Assembly: GCA_964421125.1 (NCBI GenBank)
Contig: CAYQVD010000003.1
Coordinates: 5,779-69,778 of the forward strand
DNA: 64,000 bases
Reading direction: 5' to 3'
Source of the DNA: an uncultured Bdellovibrionales bacterium
GTDB taxonomy: Bacteria > Patescibacteriota > Minisyncoccia > Moranbacterales > DUUL01
In this document: in pieces, positions 57,860 through 64,000 of the stretch
How positions within the stretch are numbered: position 1 is the first letter of the stretch
Layout of the letters: each line of letters starts with the position of its first letter
The notes under the pieces: generated by a model
The model's database searches: none
Seen by the model: only the letters and a program-made list of their open reading frames with translations
Told to the model about the DNA's origin: nothing
Program-made: the position numbers and the translations under genes

Positions 57860-58020
57860 AGCAACTGTCTAAGATTTCCGTATTCGACTGCAATTTCCAA
57901 ATTTAAGCTGCAAGAAATTCATCATTCGTCAACATATTTCCGATATGTTTCCTCATGCTTCATTTCTTTCGCTTTAAATTTGAAAATTTTGCAATGAAAG
58001 AAAAATCTTAGACAGTTGCT
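57860..58020 (+). repeat. ~161-nt RPE-like palindromic element
   Basis: AGCAACTGTCTAAGATTT / AAATCTTAGACAGTTGCT arms; bulge motifs shared with 36514-36672. Confidence 0.88.
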
Positions 58021-58044
58021 TATTAATTATCTTAAAATCAAAAC

Positions 58045-59124
58045 ATGAAATTTGAAAAAGAATTTCCTCTATTTAAAACTAAAATAGAAGGGGTAGATAA
58101 AAAATTTAATTTATCGGATGTTCAAGATAGAAAAAAATATTTTGAAATTAAAGCTGGAGAAGAGATTAAAAAATTAAAAAAATATTTTGAAGAAGGAAAT
58201 ACTTTTATTGCTTATCTTCTAGGAAAGAAGAATGCAGGAAAGGGGACTTATACGAAACTTTTCATGGAATTATTCGGAAAAGAAAATATTGTGCATATTT
58301 CCATTGGAGATATCGTGCGTGATGTTCATGCTGAAATGAAAGATGACGAAAAAAGAAAAGAATTGCTTGATTATTTACATGAAAATTATCGAGGATATAT
58401 TACTCCAGAAAAGGCAATTGATGCTCTTCTGGGAAAGGATCAAAAAACACTTCTTCCCAATGAGTTTATTATGGCTTTGGCAAAAAGAGAAATTGATCAA
58501 GCTGGTAAAAAGATTGTTTTTTTGGATGGATTTCCGAGAAGTTTAGATCAAGTTTCTTACGCTTTGTTTTTTAAGGAGCTTGTAGATTATAGAAATGACC
58601 CAGATATTTTTGTTGCTATTGATATTCCTGAAGCGGTCATTGATGAAAGAATGAAGTATAGGGTTGTTTGTCCAAAATGTCATACACCAAGAAATTTAAA
58701 GCTTTTTACTACTGAAAAAGTTGAGCACAACGAAGATGAGAATAAATTTGAACTCATTTGTGATAATCCTGAATGTGATAACATTAAAATGACTTCTAAA
58801 GAGGGAGACAATTTGGGAATTGAATCTATTAGAGATAGACTTGAACTTGATGATATTTTAATTAATAAAATATTTTCTTTGCATGGCGTTTCTAGAATTT
58901 TACTTCGTAATGCCGTTCCGGTTGATAAGGCAGTTGAATATTTAGACGATTATGAAATAACCCCAGAGTATTATTATGAAAAAAATGATGATACAGGGGA
59001 AATAAAAACATTAGAAAGACCTTTTATTGTTAAAGATGACGAAGGAGTTGAAGTTTATAGTTTATTGGCTCCTCCAGTAGTGCTTTCTCTTATAAAACAT
59101 TTAGTCAAAACGCTCAAACTTTAA
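58045..59124 (+). CDS. Adenylate-kinase-family protein, N- and C-terminally extended
   Basis: GKKNAGKGT, HISIGDIVR, LDGFPRS; Zn lid CPKC..CDNPEC. Confidence 0.85.
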   Translation: MKFEKEFPLFKTKIEGVDKKFNLSDVQDRKKYFEIKAGEEIKKLKKYFEEGNTFIAYLLGKKNAGKGTYTKLFMELFGKENIVHISIGDIVRDVHAEMKDDEKRKELLDYLHENYRGYITPEKAIDALLGKDQKTLLPNEFIMALAKREIDQAGKKIVFLDGFPRSLDQVSYALFFKELVDYRNDPDIFVAIDIPEAVIDERMKYRVVCPKCHTPRNLKLFTTEKVEHNEDENKFELICDNPECDNIKMTSKEGDNLGIESIRDRLELDDILINKIFSLHGVSRILLRNAVPVDKAVEYLDDYEITPEYYYEKNDDTGEIKTLERPFIVKDDEGVEVYSLLAPPVVLSLIKHLVKTLKL

Positions 59125-59138
59125 TTTTTAAAAAAGTA

Positions 59139-59167
59139 TTGACAAATAGCTATGAATTCTGTAGAAT
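59139..59167 (+). promoter_or_regulatory. greA promoter
   Basis: TTGACA-N17-TAGAAT. Confidence 0.75.
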
Positions 59168-59205
59168 CGTCACACTCTAAAAAATAAGCATTGTAAAAAT
59201 TTAAA

Positions 59206-59661
59206 ATGAAATATTTAACTAAAGAAGGTTTCGATAGGATTGGAAAAGAGCTTGAGGACAGAAAAAGAAACTTGAGACAGACAATTGCCATTTCAATCAA
59301 GGAAGCGAAAGAACAAGGTGATTTGAGCGAAAATGCTGAATATTCAGAAGCTAAGAGACAACAACGAGAGAATGAATCAAGAATTATTTATCTTGAAAAT
59401 GCTATTAGAACCTCAAAAGTTGTTAGTAAGACGAAATCAAATGGTCATGTTGAAGTTGGCTCAGAAGTTCTTGTAAAGACTAATGGAAAGAAGATGACTT
59501 TTCATATTGTTGGTTCAAATGAAGCAGATCCAGCTCAAGGAAAGATTTCTAATGAATCTCCGATTGGAGAAGCATTTCTTGGAGCTCAAAAAGGTGAAGC
59601 AATTGAAATAGTTCTTCCAAATAAGAAAAAAATGGTTTATGATATTTTGGAAGTGAATTAA
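59206..59661 (+). CDS. greA: Transcription elongation factor GreA
   Basis: GDLSENAEY; ISNESPIG. Confidence 0.96.
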   Translation: MKYLTKEGFDRIGKELEDRKRNLRQTIAISIKEAKEQGDLSENAEYSEAKRQQRENESRIIYLENAIRTSKVVSKTKSNGHVEVGSEVLVKTNGKKMTFHIVGSNEADPAQGKISNESPIGEAFLGAQKGEAIEIVLPNKKKMVYDILEVN

Positions 59662-59681
59662 ATCTAGAATTTTTTTATATG

Positions 59682-59707
59682 AAAACAGCCTTAATGGGCT
59701 GTTTTTT
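59682..59707 (+). terminator. greA terminator
   Basis: AAAACAGCCT-taat-GGGCTGTTTTTT. Confidence 0.8.
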
Positions 59708-59798
59708 GGCCTTTTTGAGACAATTATTAAAAAACACTTGTTAATATTGCAGCAAAAAAGTTTACACTTTTGCTACAATGTTAACAGAGTACCTTAAC

Positions 59799-59855
59799 TG
59801 GATTCCTAATCTGCTTCGTTAAAGCTTCAGCGAGGCGAGTCAAGTTGGGAATGAC
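59799..59855 (+). repeat. GGATTCC...GGAATGAC REP with a nested TAAAGCT insert
   Basis: TGGATTCCTAATC-[30 nt]-AAGTTGGGAATGAC; empty version at 37139. Confidence 0.82.
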
Positions 59856-59867
59856 AAGTGAGGGGTC

Positions 59868-59927
59868 TTGACAAGATTTTTATTGGGTATAAAATATGAA
59901 TTAGCAGTCTCGTGTGGTGACTGCCAG
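59868..59927 (+). promoter_or_regulatory. hrcA promoter and CIRCE operator variant
   Basis: TTGACA-N16-TAAAAT, then TTAGCAGTC-N9-GACTGCCAG (59901-59927). Confidence 0.85.
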
Positions 59928-59976
59928 AAAATTTAAAAATTTGCGTATAATATAGGCAGGAGGAGAAAATAAAATT

Positions 59977-60747
59977 ATGCTAAATGAAAGACAGGGAAAA
60001 ATTTTAAAGGCAATTGTTCAGGAATACACCGAAACTGCGAATCCGGTGAGTAGTGGGTATCTAAGAAAAAAAAATAAGCTTGATTATTCAACGGCTACGA
60101 TTCGGAGTGAAATGGCAAATCTTGAGGAAAATGGTTTTTTAATAAAAGTTTATGTTTCTTCTGGAAGAGTTCCAAGTGATATGGGCTATCGATATTTTAT
60201 TGATAATCTTATGGGAGAAAGAGATCTTTCTCGAAGTTATCAAAAGAAATTGGAATTAGAACTTTTGAAACAAAAAGCCAAGAATGCGAGATTTGAGAGA
60301 ACGACTACGAAACTTCTTTCTTCAATGTCACAATGCCTTGTTTTGAGTGGAGCGATTGAAAAGGAAGAATATTTTGATTTTGGAATGCATAATTTAATTG
60401 ATGATCCAGAATTTTCTAATATGGATGATCTTTCTCGGTTAACATCTGCGCTTGATTTGATTGATGAAAATGTTGATAAGATTCTTTCACAAGTTAAGGA
60501 AGGAGAAACAAAGATTTTTGTTGGAAAAGAAAATCCATTAAAAGAAATTCAGAATTGTTCAATGATTGTGGCTCCCTACAAACTCAAAGAAGGAAAAAGT
60601 GGATTGATTGCCATCATTGGTCCAAAGAGAATGCGTTATGAGAAGAATAAGAGTTTGATTGATTTTGTTAAGAAGGTTCTTGGAGGAAATGGAGACAAGG
60701 TCGTGATGATTATGATTGCAGGGAGTTCAATTATGACTATTATATAA
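59977..60747 (+). CDS. hrcA: Heat-inducible transcription repressor HrcA (short form)
   Basis: RQGKILKAIVQEY, STATIRSEM, SSGRVPSDMGYRYF, IIGPKRMRY. Confidence 0.95.
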   Translation: MLNERQGKILKAIVQEYTETANPVSSGYLRKKNKLDYSTATIRSEMANLEENGFLIKVYVSSGRVPSDMGYRYFIDNLMGERDLSRSYQKKLELELLKQKAKNARFERTTTKLLSSMSQCLVLSGAIEKEEYFDFGMHNLIDDPEFSNMDDLSRLTSALDLIDENVDKILSQVKEGETKIFVGKENPLKEIQNCSMIVAPYKLKEGKSGLIAIIGPKRMRYEKNKSLIDFVKKVLGGNGDKVVMIMIAGSSIMTII

Positions 60748-60758
60748 TTTAAATATTT

Positions 60759-61625
60759 ATGAAGAAGCAAAAAAAACAAATGGAGTCAATGGCACGTCCA
60801 ATGGCGATTACGATTAAGGCAGTTGTTCTGAATGGAAAAGGTGAGATTCTTTTGATTAAAAGAGGATTAGAAGAATTGAATGGTGGGAAATATGATTTGC
60901 CAGGTGGCCACATTGAAGCAGGAGAGACAATTGAGGAGGCGCTTATTCGGGAAATCAAGGAGGAAACAGGACTGGATGTGGAAAAAGGAGAAATTATTGA
61001 TGCAGTTGAGTTTCCAAAAGATAATAAACTTTTCAAAGAAGAAAAAAGAGGATTGAGATATATTTGTTATACTGAAGGTAAAGAGATTCAATTAAGCGAT
61101 GAACATCACAGTGCAGATTGGTTTTCAGTGGATGATGCCATTGAGGAACTTGATGAGAAAGATGGATTTGAAAATGAAAAGAGACAAACAATCTTAAAGG
61201 CAAAAGAATTACTAGAACGAAAAAGTTCAATGGATGGATGGAAAAGAGCCCTGGCAGATTTGGAGAATTTTAAAAAAAGAACTGCTGACTCAAATGCAGA
61301 ATTTAGTCAGTATTGCATAGAAGATTTTGTGTTTGAGATTTTGCCAGTGATTGATAATTTTGATTTGTCGCTTAAACATGTTCCAGAAGGAAAAGAAAAT
61401 GACGGATGGACTACAGGAATATTGCATATCAGAAAACAACTTGCTGATGTATTAGAAGGAAAAGGAGTTGTTGAAATTAAATGTAAGTCAGGAGACAAAA
61501 TTGATGAAACAGTTCACGAGGTAATTGCAGGAAATGGAAAAAAAGGAAAAGTTAAAAAGGTTATTAAGAAAGGATATAAGCTGAAGGAAAAGGTGATTCG
61601 ACCGGTGAGTGTGGAGGGAGAATAG
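60759..61625 (+). CDS. grpE: NUDIX hydrolase-GrpE fusion
   Basis: N-terminal GGHIEAGETIEEALIREIKEETG; C-terminal RALADLENFKKR, ILPVIDNF, KGYKL..VIRP. Confidence 0.92.
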   Translation: MKKQKKQMESMARPMAITIKAVVLNGKGEILLIKRGLEELNGGKYDLPGGHIEAGETIEEALIREIKEETGLDVEKGEIIDAVEFPKDNKLFKEEKRGLRYICYTEGKEIQLSDEHHSADWFSVDDAIEELDEKDGFENEKRQTILKAKELLERKSSMDGWKRALADLENFKKRTADSNAEFSQYCIEDFVFEILPVIDNFDLSLKHVPEGKENDGWTTGILHIRKQLADVLEGKGVVEIKCKSGDKIDETVHEVIAGNGKKGKVKKVIKKGYKLKEKVIRPVSVEGE

Positions 61626-61695
61626 TTCTTTATAAAAAAACTCCCAGCGATACTGTTTCAGTAGCGCCGGGGTTTATAGGAATCAGTTGATATAA

Positions 61696-61941
61696 TTAGT
61701 AGCTATAATAACCACTTCTTCTTACGGGAGTTTTTTCAGAAAGTTTTCCAAGGGTTTGAAGCTTATTTTTAGACATTTGGATTTGTTTCAGTTCTTTGTT
61801 TTCTGATAGCAATTTACTTATTTGATTAATTGCAGAGGTAAATCTTTTTTTCGTCTTTTTGGAAAAGCCATCTTGTTTAGAAGAATATTCTATTTTTCTG
61901 AGCAGTATTTTGAGATATTTTTTAGGAACATTAATGAACAT
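61696..61941 (-). CDS. Small basic orphan protein (81 aa) on the opposite strand between grpE and dnaK
   Basis: SD GAGGAGG; promoter TTGACT-N17-TAAAAT (62024-61996); terminator-like hairpin at ~61633-61676. Confidence 0.7.
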   Translation of the reverse strand: MFINVPKKYLKILLRKIEYSSKQDGFSKKTKKRFTSAINQISKLLSENKELKQIQMSKNKLQTLGKLSEKTPVRRSGYYSY

Positions 61942-62043
61942 TGTTACCTCCTCAAACGTTCAGGGTTAGTTAAATGATTTTCTAGAATTAATAAAATTTT
62001 AATTTATTAATTCTAAGAAGTCAATTTAATAAATAATTAATTT

Positions 62044-62099
62044 ACCCTGTTAAATAATTTGCTTTGCAAATTAAAATCGAAGATTTTATTTAACTGGGC
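62044..62099 (+). repeat. Three-way-junction repeat upstream of dnaK
   Basis: CCCTGTTAAATAATTTGCTTTGCAAATTAAAATCGAAGATTTTATTTAACTGGG; paralogue at 16471. Confidence 0.85.
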
Positions 62100-62111
62100 A
62101 AGAAAAACAAT

Positions 62112-64000
62112 ATGTCAAAGATTCTAGGAATTGACCTTGGAACAACAAACTCTGCGATGGCTGTCGTTGAAGGCGGAAAGCCAGAGATTGTTGAAAACAA
62201 GGAAGGTAATCGAACCACTCCATCAATGGTGGCGATTAACAAAAGTGGAGAAAGATTAGCTGGTTTGCTTGCAAAAAGACAAGCGGTGACTAATCCAGAA
62301 AGCACAATTTATTCTGCAAAGAGATTAATTGGGCGAAAGTTTTCTGATAAAGAAGTTCAGGAAGCCATGAAAACTCTTCCTTTTAAGATTAAGGAAGGAG
62401 AAAATGGTTCAGTAAATATCGTTATGAATGGCGAAGAAAAAAGACCAGCAGAAATTTCTGCTATAGTTCTTCAGAAAATGAAAGCTGATGCTGAAGAAAA
62501 ACTTGGAGAAACAATTGAAGAAGCAGTGATTACTGTTCCAGCATATTTTGATGACGCTCAAAGAAAGGCAACGAAAGATGCTGGTGAAATTGCTGGATTG
62601 AAAGTAAAGCGAATTATCAATGAGCCAACTGCAGCCGCTTTGGCTTATGGGTTTAATAAGAAAAAAGACGAAAAAATTGCCGTCTATGATCTTGGAGGTG
62701 GAACATTTGATGTTTCCATTTTAGAAGTCAGTGATGACACTGTTGAAGTGAAGTCAACTAATGGTGATACCTATCTTGGTGGAGACGACTTTGATCAAAA
62801 AATTATTGACTTTATTCTTGATGAATTCAAGAAACAGGAAGGAATTGATCTTTCAAAAGATCCGCTTGCTCTTCAAAGAATTAAAGAATCTGCTGAAAAA
62901 GCAAAGATTGAGCTTTCAACTGTTCAAGAAACTGAAGTTAATCAACCATTCATCACGACTGGTGAAGATGGACCAAAGCATCTTGTTTTGAAAATTACTC
63001 GAGCAAAACTTGAAGAACTTGTTTCTGAATTAGTCGATAAGAGTATTAAACCTTGCAAGAAAGCACTCGATGATGCTGGAATGAAAATTTCTGATATTAA
63101 TGAAGTTATCTTGGTGGGTGGAATGACTCGAATGCCGTTAGTTCAAAAGAAGGTTGAGGAATTCTTTGGAAAGAAGCCAAACGCAACCGTGAATCCAGAT
63201 GAGGTTGTAGCTCTTGGAGCTGCGATTCAAGGAGGTGTTTTACAAGGAGATGTGAAAGATGTTCTTTTGCTCGATGTGACTCCTTTGACTGTGGGGATTG
63301 AAACAATGGGATCAATTCGAACACCGCTTATCGATCGAAATACTACAATTCCAGCAAGTAAATCACAAATCTTTTCAACCGCGGCTGACAACCAACCTTC
63401 TGTTGAAATTCACGTTCTTCAAGGAGAGCGAGAAATGGCAGCTGATAACAAAACTCTTGGAAGATTCATTTTGGATGGTATTCCGCCATCTCCACGAGGA
63501 GTTCCACAAATTGAAGTTACTTTTGACATTGATGCTAATGGAATCTTGAATGTAAAAGCTCAAGATAAGGCCACTGGAAAAGAACAATCAATTCGAATTG
63601 AAGCTTCAAGTGGACTTTCTGATGAAGAAATCGAAAAGATGAAAAAAGATGCAGAAGTGCATGCTGATGAAGACAAGAAAAAGAAAGAACAAGTTGAAAT
63701 CAAGAACAACGCCGATGCTCTTGTCTTCACAACTGAAAAAGCTTTAAAAGAAGCTGGTGAAAAAGTCAGTGCTGACAAAAAGAAGCCAGTTGAAGAAAAA
63801 ATTGAAGCTTTGAAAAAAATAAAAGATGGTGATGATATTGATGCAATCAAAAAGGCTTCCGAAGAACTTTCAACAGAAGCTCAAAAGATTGGTCAAGAAC
63901 TTTATCAAGCTGCACAAAAAGAGCAAGACGCCTCTGCAAAGGATGCAAAACCCGACTCCGATAAAGCTACGACGGGCGAAGCAGAAGTGAAAGATGCAGA
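62112..64000 (+). CDS. dnaK: Chaperone DnaK (runs off the window end; absent from the ORF track)
   Basis: [60 protein letters not shown]. Confidence 0.98.
   Translation, partial: MSKILGIDLGTTNSAMAVVEGGKPEIVENKEGNRTTPSMVAINKSGERLAGLLAKRQAVTNPESTIYSAKRLIGRKFSDKEVQEAMKTLPFKIKEGENGSVNIVMNGEEKRPAEISAIVLQKMKADAEEKLGETIEEAVITVPAYFDDAQRKATKDAGEIAGLKVKRIINEPTAAALAYGFNKKKDEKIAVYDLGGGTFDVSILEVSDDTVEVKSTNGDTYLGGDDFDQKIIDFILDEFKKQEGIDLSKDPLALQRIKESAEKAKIELSTVQETEVNQPFITTGEDGPKHLVLKITRAKLEELVSELVDKSIKPCKKALDDAGMKISDINEVILVGGMTRMPLVQKKVEEFFGKKPNATVNPDEVVALGAAIQGGVLQGDVKDVLLLDVTPLTVGIETMGSIRTPLIDRNTTIPASKSQIFSTAADNQPSVEIHVLQGEREMAADNKTLGRFILDGIPPSPRGVPQIEVTFDIDANGILNVKAQDKATGKEQSIRIEASSGLSDEEIEKMKKDAEVHADEDKKKKEQVEIKNNADALVFTTEKALKEAGEKVSADKKKPVEEKIEALKKIKDGDDIDAIKKASEELSTEAQKIGQELYQAAQKEQDASAKDAKPDSDKATTGEAEVKDA

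Noticed and set aside
57737-57997. 86-aa ORF from the track
   Set aside because: It runs through a terminator and the 57860 palindromic element and has no SD; probably spurious.
762-58020. Palindromic elements as integron attC sites
   Set aside because: They lack consistent RYYYAAC/GTTRRRY ends, flank essential genes, and no integrase is present.
147-63850. Many short alternate-frame and antisense ORFs inside core genes
   Set aside because: They are shadows of well-supported genes and have no motifs or start signals.
1-64000. CRISPR array or cas genes
   Set aside because: The repeats are dispersed palindromes or heptamer runs; there is no regular repeat-spacer pattern and no Cas-like ORF.
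1-64000. Alternative genetic code (TGA read as Gly)
   Set aside because: polA, holB and the rhodanese gene end at TGA at their expected C-termini, and core genes have no internal TGA.

Overview
Low-GC chromosomal segment in genetic code 11, with nearly all genes on the + strand. Gene content and style fit a Patescibacteria (CPR, Parcubacteria-like) genome; this is inference, not a database result. The housekeeping backbone includes comEC (partial), scpAB, dacA, mraY, gyrB, gap, murI, murD, lepB, hisS, rpsU, ybeY, mreB, holB, polA, mutM, holA, aspS, leuS, murJ, an adk-like gene, greA and hrcA-grpE-dnaK. It is interrupted by single orphan genes with their own promoters, one intact IS256-like element and a tRNA-Lys(TTT). 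Most notable: (1) a stand-alone protein at 40056 that resembles the C-terminal WAX2/acyl-reductase half of plant CER3/CER1; (2) a promoter-to-terminator unit of about 640 nt (21280-21920) with no long ORF and successive G-U-rich helices, a candidate large structured RNA; (3) a probable 6S RNA divergent from an ECF sigma/anti-sigma pair; (4) at least seven families of palindromic or short repeats, some nested in each other and some inside genes, with no cognate mobiliser in the window; (5) NUDIX domains fused into LeuRS and GrpE, plus a NUDIX gene broken by a G10 tract. All homology calls are by eye and need database confirmation.
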